Positions 10,332 through 18,975 of a stretch of DNA of 64,000 bases are shown here, in pieces. Each line of letters starts with the position of its first letter. The stretch's first letter is position 1. This stretch comes from a virus. A model generated the notes under the pieces. That model was not told where the DNA came from and ran no database searches. It was given only the letters and a program-made list of their open reading frames with translations. The DNA is taken from IMG/VR virus record IMGVR_UViG_3300032294_002823. The stretch is one strand, 5' to 3'. Position numbers and translations under genes: made by a program.

Positions 10332-10487
10332 ATGCATAAAGTTTTCTGTTGCCTTTCATGCGAGGCGGAATTTTCAATTAAGCATGACATGGATGATTAT
10401 CATTACACCATTCAGTTTTGTCCATTCTGTGGTGAAACACTAGATGAAGATGAAACGTTTGAGTTTGATGATGAGGATGAGGAATGA
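10332..10487 (+). CDS. Small zinc-ribbon protein with acidic tail (51 aa)
   Basis: MHKVFCCLSCEAEF...FCPFCGETLDEDE...; coupled to the next ATG; not in ORF track. Confidence 0.7.
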   Translation: MHKVFCCLSCEAEFSIKHDMDDYHYTIQFCPFCGETLDEDETFEFDDEDEE

Positions 10488-11191
10488 AGAATTTACTCAC
10501 CATTGTTATCCCCTGTAAAAATGAAGAAAATTATATTGTACCTTTATTAGAAGATTTGTTACAGCAGCATGGTATTGAAGATGTTCGCATTATTATTGCA
10601 GACGCCGACAGTACCGATGCTACTGTTCCTCTCATCAAAACCTTCAAAGATGAACTCAATGTTGAGATTGTCAAAGGAGGTCCCGTTTCTGTAGGTAGAA
10701 ATAACGGAGCAAAATTAGTCACTACACCTTACATCCTTTTCCTAGACGCCGATGTTCGCCTTTTCAATCATCATGCTATTTCTGATGCTGTCAAATGCAT
10801 CCACGAAGAAAAATTAGATTTAATAACAGCCAATATTAAAAATTATGGGAAAGATTTAAGAGCATCATTCTTCTTTTGGGGATTCAATGTTATCAACAAG
10901 ATAATGACCAAGAACACGCCATTTGCCATAGGTGCATTCTTCTTGACTCGTCGGAATAAGTTTGAAGAACTTGAAGGGTTCCCAAACAAATACGATACAT
11001 CCGAAGATTATATTCTTAGTAAGAAATATGATGCCAAGAAGTTTAAAATCATTCATCACCATTTTGGTCAAGATGAACGAAGATTCAAGAAGTTGGGTTA
11101 CTGGGGTATGTTAAAATACATGGCTGTTAATTTTTGGAATAGAAATAATTTAAAGCATTTCGAAAAAGCAACAGTAAATTACTGGGACTAA
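10484..11191 (+). CDS. Glycosyltransferase family 2
   Basis: IVIPCKNEE, DADSTD, GRNNGA, FLDAD, SED motifs. Confidence 0.92.
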   Translation: MKNLLTIVIPCKNEENYIVPLLEDLLQQHGIEDVRIIIADADSTDATVPLIKTFKDELNVEIVKGGPVSVGRNNGAKLVTTPYILFLDADVRLFNHHAISDAVKCIHEEKLDLITANIKNYGKDLRASFFFWGFNVINKIMTKNTPFAIGAFFLTRRNKFEELEGFPNKYDTSEDYILSKKYDAKKFKIIHHHFGQDERRFKKLGYWGMLKYMAVNFWNRNNLKHFEKATVNYWD

Positions 11192-11192
11192 C

Positions 11193-11924
11193 ATGAAACA
11201 TCATAAGGCAATCATCATCTCTGATGTTCATTTGGGCACCGAAGCCTGTAAAGCCACTGAACTCCTTGAATTTTTAAATCAGAATCACACTGACATTCTG
11301 ATTATCAATGGTGACTTTGTGGATGGGTGGGCGCTCGCAAAAGGATACAAGTGGCGAGCAAAACACACTAAGGTGATATCGAAGATATTAGACATTTCCA
11401 GAAAGATACCTGTAGTTTGGATTCGAGGTAATCATGATGAATTTCTACATGAATTCATGCACATGCATCTCGGCAAACTTCAAGTCGAAGAAAATTACAT
11501 TCTTGATTTAGGTGAAGGAAAGAGATATTTCATTTTTCATGGTGACATTCTCGACGTATTCGTAGCCAAGTGGAAATGGATTGCCAAGTTAGGATCAACA
11601 GGATATGAAATTGCACTACGTATTAACACTCTGTATAACAAGTGGCGTGCCTGGCGTAACCTCCCGTACTATTCCATCTCCAAGGACATTAAGGCAGGTG
11701 TGAAGGCAGCAGTGAATTACATCACAGACTTTGAAGTTAGTGCCACAAAACTGGCACGCCAACATAATTGTTCAGGTGTTATCTGCGGGCATATTCACGT
11801 TCCTGAGAACAGACAAATTGATGGTATTCATTATATAAATTCAGGTGACTGGGTGGAAAACATGACTGCCATCTTGATTGATTACGATAATCACATTACA
11901 ATAAAAGACTTTCAACACCTCTAA
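11193..11924 (+). CDS. UDP-2,3-diacylglucosamine hydrolase-like metallophosphoesterase (LpxH-like)
   Basis: SDVHLG, NGDFVDGW, GNHD, HGD, CGHIH, NSGDWVE. Confidence 0.88.
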   Translation: MKHHKAIIISDVHLGTEACKATELLEFLNQNHTDILIINGDFVDGWALAKGYKWRAKHTKVISKILDISRKIPVVWIRGNHDEFLHEFMHMHLGKLQVEENYILDLGEGKRYFIFHGDILDVFVAKWKWIAKLGSTGYEIALRINTLYNKWRAWRNLPYYSISKDIKAGVKAAVNYITDFEVSATKLARQHNCSGVICGHIHVPENRQIDGIHYINSGDWVENMTAILIDYDNHITIKDFQHL

Positions 11925-11959
11925 TAAATAGTGTAGTATCTCATGATTGAGGCTAGACT

Positions 11960-12355
11960 ATGTGGTTATATGAAAGTGTTGAATTCAATGAAGTGCCTGA
12001 TGATATTATAGGATTTGTCTATCGTATCACTAACCTTAAAACAGGGCGAGAATATATTGGAAAAAAGTTATTCACTTCAGCCCGAAGAAAAGTTGTCAAA
12101 GGAAAGCGAAAGAAATTACGGGTTGAATCCGATTGGCGAGAATACTACGGAAGCAATAAAGAACTGTTACACGATGTTACTACCCATGGACACGATGCTT
12201 TCCGCCGTGAGATATTGCGTTTGTGTAAAACTAAAGGACAATGTAGTTATTTTGAAGCAAAGTTACAATTTGAGTATGGTGTCCTAGAACATCCTGAAAA
12301 ATTCTATAACACATGGATCATGTGTAGAATACATCAGAAACATTTAAAGCTATGA
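11960..12355 (+). CDS. GIY-YIG-family nuclease-like protein
   Basis: GFVYRITN...REYIGKK; ESDW-YYGS. Confidence 0.8.
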   Translation: MWLYESVEFNEVPDDIIGFVYRITNLKTGREYIGKKLFTSARRKVVKGKRKKLRVESDWREYYGSNKELLHDVTTHGHDAFRREILRLCKTKGQCSYFEAKLQFEYGVLEHPEKFYNTWIMCRIHQKHLKL

Positions 12356-13209
12356 TAATCATCACATTACTCTCAGCTCTATTCATTAGTTCAGTTGCCG
12401 CGTGGTTTTCCATTGCGGGGTTGATTGCCATCTTTCCAGGCGCACCCATTGCTGTAGGTATCATGGGATCCGCGTTGGAACTAGGAAAGTTGGTTGCTGC
12501 TTCATGGATATATCGTTTTTGGAGTAAGACAAATATCCTCATGCGAAGTTATTTCATTTCAGCCATTGTTGTGTTAAGTTTCATCACAAGCATTGGAGTG
12601 TTCGGATATCTTACCCGTGCCTATGCTGAAGGCACAGAAGGATTGGATGCCAACTCGGAACAAATTGCTTTGTTGGATGCACAAATTGCCATTGAACAAG
12701 ACAACGTGAGTGTGTCACGCATCACGTTACAACAATTAGATAAAGCCGTCAGTAATTTAAATGATAGTTCACGGGTGGAACGCGCCATTCAAGTGCGTAA
12801 TTCACAACGCCGTGAACGTACAGATTTAAATTCCACAATTGCCGCAAGCAATCAAAAGATTGGTGAACTAAAGAAACAAAAAGCAGAATTGAATCTGGGT
12901 CAAAGAAAATTGGAAACAGAAGTGGGACCCATTAAATATGTGGCACAATTGGTGTATGGCGCAGATGACACTAACACCATTGACAAGGCAGTTCGTTTGC
13001 TTGTGCTTCTACTAATATTTGTGTTTGACCCATTGGCAATTCTCATGGTGATTGCCGCGAACATATCCGCGAAAAAAGATGCCATCTCCATCAATATTCC
13101 TCCCACCAACAACTTTGCCGAAACGGTAAATAATAAAGCAAATACCACAAAAATGGATACGGAATGGAATCCTGGGAGTTGGTTCAAGATGGTGAAGAAG
13201 CCTAAGTGA
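12352..13209 (+). CDS. Membrane protein with coiled-coil domain
   Basis: Three N-terminal TMs, coiled coil, EVGPIKY, FVFDPLA TM. Confidence 0.75.
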   Translation: MIIITLLSALFISSVAAWFSIAGLIAIFPGAPIAVGIMGSALELGKLVAASWIYRFWSKTNILMRSYFISAIVVLSFITSIGVFGYLTRAYAEGTEGLDANSEQIALLDAQIAIEQDNVSVSRITLQQLDKAVSNLNDSSRVERAIQVRNSQRRERTDLNSTIAASNQKIGELKKQKAELNLGQRKLETEVGPIKYVAQLVYGADDTNTIDKAVRLLVLLLIFVFDPLAILMVIAANISAKKDAISINIPPTNNFAETVNNKANTTKMDTEWNPGSWFKMVKKPK

Positions 13210-13264
13210 TTGAAAAATAAGCACTTACGAGGCACTTGACAAATAGCCCCTAGAGTGTTATATT
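13203..13264 (+). promoter_or_regulatory. Inverted repeat plus early promoter element
   Basis: TAAGTG-N13-CACTTA, then TTGACA(13236)-N17-TATATT(13259). Confidence 0.75.
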
Positions 13265-13292
13265 TAAGTATACTCTAAAATATGGAGGCTCT

Positions 13293-13559
13293 ATGAGCAC
13301 TGTAGTATTGGATGATGTGACGCGGGAAGGCATCCGAAACATTCTGCGAGCATCGGTCATTAGCATCACGTTCACCAAGTCGGATGGGTCGTCTCGGATT
13401 ATGAAGTGCACCTTGAATGAGGAGTTTCTCCCCAAGGTTGACAAGGATACAAACTCTGAAGGACGTAAGGTGAATCCTGATGTATGCCCAGTTTGGGACA
13501 TGGAGAATCAGGCATGGCGTTCGTTCCGGTGGGACTCCATCACTAAGATTGAGGTCTAA
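13293..13559 (+). CDS. WYL_2 / Sm-like SH3 beta-barrel protein
   Basis: ITFTKSDG--R-M-CTL...VWD-E-QAWRSFR. Confidence 0.8.
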   Translation: MSTVVLDDVTREGIRNILRASVISITFTKSDGSSRIMKCTLNEEFLPKVDKDTNSEGRKVNPDVCPVWDMENQAWRSFRWDSITKIEV

Positions 13560-13560
13560 C

Positions 13561-14673
13561 ATGACGTTGCACACGGTATTGCCTCCAGCTTCCGACGCTA
13601 AGTTTATTGGTGACGAACCCACGTGGCTTGATGTGGATGTGGCTGAGGATCAGTATAACAAGGAAATTCTGCGCGCCTTGAATTGGCATAACTATTGTGC
13701 CGGTGATAAGGATTATATGAAGTATGTTGAGGCATGGATTAAGGAACATCGTCCGAAAACGGCAAAGCAGGATATTGCAGCATGGCGCGATACGAGTCGC
13801 ATTGACAAAACTCTATGTGCCATGGCACGTATTCAGATGCAAGGATTTCCTTTGGCTGAAAAGCACATAATGCAACTTGAAGATTATGTGGAAAATATTG
13901 TGAAGCCAGCAAAGCGCACGCGCTCTGCCACGACAGTGACGCCTACGGTTCAGCGCCCGACCATTCAGGACAGAATCAAGCAGCAAGTGGCAGGTACCAT
14001 TTCCAACTTAGATGTCCGCGTGGATGATGCCTTTGAAGATAATTTGGCTACGCCCGAGGACATTTCGGGAGATATTCTGTCACAAAATTTCAAGGGTCCG
14101 CAGCTCAAGCTCATTCAGGATTATTTGAATCGCAATTTGATTGAATGGATTCAGGCATATTCTGGTGACGATGAACAGCTTGCCCAGGGATACAAGTATA
14201 TCGGAAGGCGTAATCTCAAAAAGATTATTGATACTTTCACTCAGGTCATGGATACCATTTCACAGCAATCCACACGGATCAAGACGCAGCGTATTCGCAA
14301 GAAGAAGCCTGTGGACAAGAAGAAGATGGCAAGCAAGCTTCGCTTCATGAAGGATTTCCCAGAACTGAACATTCAGAGTTTGAATCCGGTTGATATCATC
14401 GGCGCCAATATGATTTGGGTCTATGATACCAAGAAGCGCCGACTTGGATACTATGAGGCAGAATTGAAGAACAGTTTGTTTGTGAAGGGCACAAAGATTG
14501 AGGGATTCAAGGTGACCTGCGAGAAAATTCTACGTAAGCCCGAGGAGCAAATTCCCGAAATCATGAAGCTCCGAAAGAATCAGACTGTCAATTGGTTTGA
14601 TGGCATTCGTGCAAAGTGTAAGGACATGACTGGACGTACTAATACTAATCTCATTCTGTTGAGGATTGACTAA
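13561..14673 (+). CDS. Conserved T4-like hypothetical protein
   Basis: GDEP-W, ALNWHNY, IIGA--WVYDTK-R-L, KILRKPEE motifs. Confidence 0.75.
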   Translation: MTLHTVLPPASDAKFIGDEPTWLDVDVAEDQYNKEILRALNWHNYCAGDKDYMKYVEAWIKEHRPKTAKQDIAAWRDTSRIDKTLCAMARIQMQGFPLAEKHIMQLEDYVENIVKPAKRTRSATTVTPTVQRPTIQDRIKQQVAGTISNLDVRVDDAFEDNLATPEDISGDILSQNFKGPQLKLIQDYLNRNLIEWIQAYSGDDEQLAQGYKYIGRRNLKKIIDTFTQVMDTISQQSTRIKTQRIRKKKPVDKKKMASKLRFMKDFPELNIQSLNPVDIIGANMIWVYDTKKRRLGYYEAELKNSLFVKGTKIEGFKVTCEKILRKPEEQIPEIMKLRKNQTVNWFDGIRAKCKDMTGRTNTNLILLRID

Positions 14674-14933
14674 TGATTACACGATTTGATTTGGAAGATA
14701 TGTTGATGAAGTGCTGGCATGTGACTGACGACATTGACCTCGTGGTCACGATGGTAGGAAACATGGATATCAACGCACGGGATAAGGATCGACTCTTGAA
14801 CATTCTTATTGGATTGAAGGAGTTGTATAACGCTCGCCATAGTGCAACGTTCGCTGTATTTGAAGACCTTGTGGGTCGAGGTGTCTTTCCAAAACCCCAT
14901 TGGGACCAGTCCTCATTTAATCCCCCTGTTTGA
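14673..14933 (+). CDS. Hypothetical protein
   Basis: RFDLE...CW-VTDD motif; coupled. Confidence 0.7.
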   Translation: MITRFDLEDMLMKCWHVTDDIDLVVTMVGNMDINARDKDRLLNILIGLKELYNARHSATFAVFEDLVGRGVFPKPHWDQSSFNPPV

Positions 14934-14944
14934 TTAGAGGTAAT

Positions 14945-15832
14945 ATGATTATTGTAGATTATAGCCAGACGGCAATTAGCACTCTCATGGCAGAGCTTCG
15001 TGGGCGGACTGACGCAGAAATCAGTACGCCACTTATTCGCCATATGATTATTAACGCACTACGCAGCTATAAGCTGAAGTATGGAAAAGAGTTTGGGGAA
15101 ATTGTTATTGCCTGTGATAATAAACATTACTGGCGCAAGAAGATGTTCCCATATTACAAGGCAAATAGAAAGAAGGCGCGAGATGATTCTGGTTTCGACT
15201 GGCATGCCATTTTCGAGGCGTTGAATCAAATCAAGCAGGAACTTGCCGAGCATTTCCCCTATCCTGTTGTTGAGGCGGAAACGGCAGAAGCCGATGACAT
15301 CATTGCATCACTGGTAATTTGGTCACAGGATCATGACCTTGTTCAAGAAGGTCTTGATATGGTCCCGCAACCTGTGTTGATCCTATCAGGCGACCATGAC
15401 TTCACACAGCTTCAGCGTTACAAGAACGTGAAGCAGTATAGCCCCATCCACAAGAAGTGGGTGAAGGCGGAAGAAAGCATTGATAAGATTGTCATGGAAC
15501 ATATTCTATTGGGTGACAAGGGTGACGGTGTACCTAACTTTCTTTCACCGGACGATGTGTTTGTAAGTGGTGGTCGGCAGAAGCCTATTCGTAAAAAGGA
15601 TTTGGAAGAATGGAAGAAGCTACCCATCTCACATTGGGATGGTACACCCCATGAGGCAAACATTCGTCGTAATGCCAATTTGGTGGACTTGCGAAATATC
15701 CCAGAGGAGATTGGCCAAACTATTATAAATAACTTCACATCTCAAAAGGATGTTCGGGATAAATCACAATTGCTAAATTATTTTATTGCTCACAAGATGA
15801 AGAATCTCATGGAGCACATCACGGAGTTCTGA
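14945..15832 (+). CDS. rnh: T4-type RNase H (5'-3' exonuclease)
   Basis: YWRK-FPYYKANR, EADDII, SGDHDF-QL, GDKGDGVPN. Confidence 0.95.
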   Translation: MIIVDYSQTAISTLMAELRGRTDAEISTPLIRHMIINALRSYKLKYGKEFGEIVIACDNKHYWRKKMFPYYKANRKKARDDSGFDWHAIFEALNQIKQELAEHFPYPVVEAETAEADDIIASLVIWSQDHDLVQEGLDMVPQPVLILSGDHDFTQLQRYKNVKQYSPIHKKWVKAEESIDKIVMEHILLGDKGDGVPNFLSPDDVFVSGGRQKPIRKKDLEEWKKLPISHWDGTPHEANIRRNANLVDLRNIPEEIGQTIINNFTSQKDVRDKSQLLNYFIAHKMKNLMEHITEF

Positions 15833-15833
15833 T

Positions 15834-16331
15834 ATGAAAGCAACAGCGGTCATGTTGTTAAATGAAAAACTAGATTATATTGCTAAAGGTGAGACACTTG
15901 AAATTCAAGTAAATCGTGCCAGAGAAATTGCACGTTTGGATGTTACATTTGCTCCCTTGATGCGTATGGCAGTTATTGCTGAAGAAAAACTATCAGGGTT
16001 ACCTGACGGTATGCCTGATACATATAAGCCTGAAACAGCCATTCCTGACGGTATTTCTCATACCACAGCACGTCAGGAATTTCGTAGAATAAAAAACTTT
16101 CTACCTAAAGGTTCCATGCAACAAATACCTACACACAAAAGAGAGCTTAGTTGGTTACAAATGCTCGAAGGAATGCACTGGAAGGAAGCCAATGTCATGG
16201 TCCACATTAAGGATCAAACATTACTTCAAGTGTACCCAAACATGCGTGAGGTCTTGACAACCTTAGGTGCAAAGATTAATATCAAAGAAGTAGCACAAGA
16301 AACAAAAAAGAAAAAGCCCAAAAAGACGTAA
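15834..16331 (+). CDS. Conserved T4-like hypothetical protein (DUF6433-like)
   Basis: LPDG-P...KRE---QMLEGMH--EA motif; TATAAATA at 15724 upstream. Confidence 0.7.
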   Translation: MKATAVMLLNEKLDYIAKGETLEIQVNRAREIARLDVTFAPLMRMAVIAEEKLSGLPDGMPDTYKPETAIPDGISHTTARQEFRRIKNFLPKGSMQQIPTHKRELSWLQMLEGMHWKEANVMVHIKDQTLLQVYPNMREVLTTLGAKINIKEVAQETKKKKPKKT

Positions 16332-16361
16332 AGTGTAATCTACATCTACGTACCCTGGGGC

Positions 16362-16459
16362 TTGACAAATGAGTCCCAGGGTATTATATTTAAGTATAGT
16401 GAAAAACAACAAAAAAGTTTCAAAGTAGGGCTTGACAAACGAAGGAACTGTGTTAGATT
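16362..16459 (+). promoter_or_regulatory. Two tandem sigma70-type promoters for the tRNA cluster
   Basis: TTGACA(16362)-N17-TATATT; TTGACA(16432)-N16-TAGATT. Confidence 0.7.
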
Positions 16460-16496
16460 ACATATGTGTTCGCTAATTGACAACTACAGTACTTAC

Positions 16497-16568
16497 GCCG
16501 CGTTCGTCTATCGGTTAGGACGCTAGACTTTCACTCTGGTAAGATGGGTTCGATTCCCATACGCGGTA
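16497..16568 (+). tRNA. tRNA-Glu(TTC)
   Basis: Cloverleaf, anticodon arm CTAGA-ctTTCac-TCTGG. Confidence 0.92.
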
Positions 16569-16573
16569 CTTCT

Positions 16574-16745
16574 CGTCAACTTTGTAGGGTGATTTGACGT
16601 TAAATGCAGAACTCTACCGCTATTCATATTCGGCGCAGGAATATGGGCTTGGCAACGTGTCGGATGTTGCAAAAGGTGAGGGGGAAGTAGGCGCGACTAC
16701 TGACCACCTTGGGTAACTAGAAACTACCCGAACATACTCCCCCTC
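16574..16745 (+). ncRNA. Putative structured ncRNA between tRNA-Glu and tRNA-Gln
   Basis: Six hairpins and two candidate pseudoknots; no ORF. Confidence 0.55.
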
Positions 16746-16748
16746 TAC

Positions 16749-16819
16749 TGCCCTCTCGTATAATGGCAATACAGTTGACTTTGGATCAACGAATCGTGGT
16801 TCGATTCCATGGAGGGCAA
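16749..16819 (+). tRNA. tRNA-Gln(TTG)
   Basis: TGCCCTC/GAGGGCA acceptor; GTTGA-ctTTGga-TCAAC. Confidence 0.92.
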
Positions 16820-16858
16820 TGTAGTACCCGTCAATAAAAAACAAACAAAGGAGATAAT

Positions 16859-17029
16859 ATGCGTAATATGATTTTTGCAGTAGCACTTGTTGGTCTTGCC
16901 GCTTGTGGTAGCAAGGAAGAAACCGCAGTTGATACCACAGTTGCCGCCCCTGCTGATACGGCAGCTGCTGTAACGGTTCCTGACAGTGCAGTAACCAGCG
17001 CACCACTTGACACAGTGGTAGCCAAGTAA
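16859..17029 (+). CDS. Small lipoprotein (56 aa)
   Basis: MRNMIFAVALVGLAAC lipobox; AAGGAG SD; not in ORF track. Confidence 0.8.
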   Translation: MRNMIFAVALVGLAACGSKEETAVDTTVAAPADTAAAVTVPDSAVTSAPLDTVVAK

Positions 17030-17032
17030 TAA

Positions 17033-17054
17033 AGTAGGTCCTTCGGGACCTACT
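17033..17054 (+). terminator. UUCG-capped hairpin (terminator or processing signal)
   Basis: AGTAGGTCC-TTCG-GGACCTACT perfect 9-bp stem; no U-tract. Confidence 0.6.
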
Positions 17055-17057
17055 CAC

Positions 17058-17130
17058 GGGTCCATAGCTCAGCTGGGAGAGCGTCCGCTTTGCAAGCGAA
17101 AGGTCGTCGGTTCGATCCCGACTGGATCCA
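17058..17130 (+). tRNA. tRNA-Ala(TGC)
   Basis: Cloverleaf, ttTGCaa loop. Confidence 0.92.
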
Positions 17131-17134
17131 TATT

Positions 17135-17208
17135 GGGTGGTTAGCTCAGTTGGTTAGAGCATCTCGTTTACACCGAGAGGGTCGGGGGTTCGAGTCCCTC
17201 ACTACCCA
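17135..17208 (+). tRNA. tRNA-Val(TAC)
   Basis: TCTCG-ttTACac-CGAGA. Confidence 0.93.
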
Positions 17209-17222
17209 TAACAAGGAGAAAC

Positions 17223-17438
17223 ATGAATACAGTTACCATACATGCTCATGTAAAGACACTTGACAATTGTATATGGATTGTGCATATTAATGATGTGCGA
17301 CATGAGGCAACTGATGTCATCATCAATTGTAAATCATACACAACAAGAAAATCAGAAAAAGATAAAATAGGTATGTGGAGAATCATATGTCACCCTGAAC
17401 GGGTGTCATGGCAAGACAAAACATGTATTCTTGATTAG
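17223..17438 (+). CDS. Hypothetical protein
   Basis: AAGGAG SD; 71 aa between tRNAs. Confidence 0.65.
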   Translation: MNTVTIHAHVKTLDNCIWIVHINDVRHEATDVIINCKSYTTRKSEKDKIGMWRIICHPERVSWQDKTCILD

Positions 17439-17521
17439 GCTCTGGTGGCGGAATGGTATACGCGGCGGTCTCAAAAACCGCTTCCCACCCGGGATTGCGA
17501 GTTCGAGTCTCGCCCGGAGCA
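17439..17521 (+). tRNA. tRNA-Leu(CAA)
   Basis: GCGGT-ctCAAaa-ACCGC; long variable arm. Confidence 0.92.
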
Positions 17522-17524
17522 TAA

Positions 17525-17609
17525 GGACAGTTGGCAGAGTGGTCTATTGCAGCGGTCTTGAAAACCGCCGTACTGAAAGGTACCGAGAGTTCGAATCCCT
17601 CACTGTCCG
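17525..17609 (+). tRNA. tRNA-Ser(TGA)
   Basis: GCGGT-ctTGAaa-ACCGC; long variable arm; G73. Confidence 0.92.
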
Positions 17610-17630
17610 TGACTTTATCATGAGGTACTG

Positions 17631-18005
17631 ATGCCTTATAAAATTACAAATTCTGAAAAGAAGGATGTATCTGATAAAACCTATTGGATGAAAACGCTAC
17701 ACAATGGGAAAAAGATATATCTGGAAGATGAAATATGGTATCGGTCGGGTGAGGTGATTGTTGAAGATGACCCCCGTGAGAATGGTTGGAAAGAAGGTGA
17801 ACCATTAGTTGCAGGTGATTTTAACATCACAGACCATAACTTAAATGATGGATGTTGGTCAGATAGGTATGGGGTGGAAGAGTTATCGAAAAAAGAACAG
17901 AAACTTCTTGAAGAAGTAATGTTCTTGGATGAGGCAGGTTGGGAAGCATATGACTCAGAGATTACATTCTACGGTCCTGTAGAAATTGAAGAAGTAGATG
18001 AATGA
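17631..18005 (+). CDS. Acidic hypothetical protein
   Basis: 124-aa ORF with GAGG SD. Confidence 0.7.
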   Translation: MPYKITNSEKKDVSDKTYWMKTLHNGKKIYLEDEIWYRSGEVIVEDDPRENGWKEGEPLVAGDFNITDHNLNDGCWSDRYGVEELSKKEQKLLEEVMFLDEAGWEAYDSEITFYGPVEIEEVDE

Positions 18006-18078
18006 GCGTCGGTAGCTCAATTGGTAGAGCACTGGTCTCCAAAACCAGGGGTTGGGGGTTCGATTCCCTCCCGGCGTG
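18006..18078 (+). tRNA. tRNA-Trp(CCA)
   Basis: CTGGT-ctCCAaa-ACCAG. Confidence 0.92.
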
Positions 18079-18081
18079 TGC

Positions 18082-18164
18082 GCGCTCATGGCGGAACTGG
18101 CAGACGCACCAGACTTAGGATCTGGCGGTGAAGAACCGTGGGGGTTCAACTCCCTCTGGGCGCA
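18082..18164 (+). tRNA. tRNA-Leu(TAG)
   Basis: CCAGA-ctTAGga-TCTGG; long variable arm. Confidence 0.92.
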
Positions 18165-18172
18165 TGAAGGGC

Positions 18173-18201
18173 TTGACAAATGAAGTACACTGTAGTATAT
18201 T
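18173..18201 (+). promoter_or_regulatory. Sigma70-type promoter
   Basis: GGGC-TTGACA-N17-TATATT. Confidence 0.7.
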
Positions 18202-18242
18202 ACATATGTTAATTGAAAATGAATGAATGGCAGTAATGAAAT

Positions 18243-18325
18243 GCTCCGATGGTGAAATCGGTAAACACAGGAGACTTAAAATCTCCCGCCCCAAAGGCTT
18301 GTCGGTTCGATTCCGACTCGGAGCA
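18243..18325 (+). tRNA. tRNA-Leu(TAA)
   Basis: GGAGA-ctTAAaa-TCTCC; long variable arm. Confidence 0.92.
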
Positions 18326-18336
18326 CTGTAGTAAAA

Positions 18337-18440
18337 TAGTTGGCAGTGAAGCACACCCACTTCACGTTAGCTCCCTCAATGACGGTATGAACTGGTCGTA
18401 ACACTGGTGCGTAGGGCTCCTACGGGTTCCGTCCCAACTA
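18337..18440 (+). ncRNA. Putative structured ncRNA between tRNA-Leu and tRNA-Lys
   Basis: Closing stem TAGTTGG/CCAACTA with internal stems GTGAAG/CTTCAC, GACGG/CCGTC, CGTAGG/CCTACG. Confidence 0.5.
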
Positions 18441-18457
18441 AGTATTAATACAGTAAT

Positions 18458-18531
18458 GCACCCCTAGTGTCAGCGGTTAGCACAAGAGACTTTTAATCTT
18501 TTAGGGCTGGGTTCGAATCCCAGGGGGTGCA
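18458..18531 (+). tRNA. tRNA-Lys(TTT)
   Basis: AGAGA-ctTTTaa-TCTTT. Confidence 0.9.
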
Positions 18532-18589
18532 CTTGTAGGACGATGAGCAACGGAAACCAATCAGACCTTAAGTCCACTGGTAATACATT

Positions 18590-18662
18590 CCGCCTGTAGC
18601 TCATCGGTTAGAGTGGCCGTCTTATAAACGGTTGGTAGATGGTTCAATTCCATCCAGGCGGA
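18590..18662 (+). tRNA. tRNA-Ile(TAT)
   Basis: CCGCCTG/CAGGCGG acceptor; GCCGT-ctTATaa-ACGGT. Confidence 0.85.
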
Positions 18663-18686
18663 TTACATTATGGTACGGAGAGATAT

Positions 18687-18896
18687 ATGAAACAAAGAAT
18701 TATCAATATGCTTCGCACACAGGCCGAAGCAGAACGTGAGAAGGCGCTACTTTCATTGGAGTTATTGATGAATCATCCGGTAGGTATCGGTGACCACTCA
18801 ACAGGTGATTTTTATAAGAATGCAGAAGAAGCATTACAGATGCTTGTTGATGCCGAAGATAAGTTGGAAACATTGAATAAGTATTTTTCTGAATAA
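18687..18896 (+). CDS. Conserved hypothetical phage protein
   Basis: HPVGIGDHS motif. Confidence 0.75.
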   Translation: MKQRIINMLRTQAEAEREKALLSLELLMNHPVGIGDHSTGDFYKNAEEALQMLVDAEDKLETLNKYFSE

Positions 18897-18903
18897 AGTA
18901 GTT

Positions 18904-18975
18904 GCACGTGTCATATAACGGCTATTATCCTAGCCTTCCAAGCTAGAGACATGGGTTCGACTCCCATCACGTGCT
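18904..18975 (+). tRNA. tRNA-Gly(TCC)
   Basis: CTAGC-ctTCCaa-GCTAG; U73. Confidence 0.92.

Noticed and set aside
18532-18589. Possible small RNA or hammerhead between tRNA-Lys and tRNA-Ile
   Set aside because: Only a 4-bp GGAC/GTCC stem and an incomplete core (GATGAG...GAAA without CUGA); too weak to call
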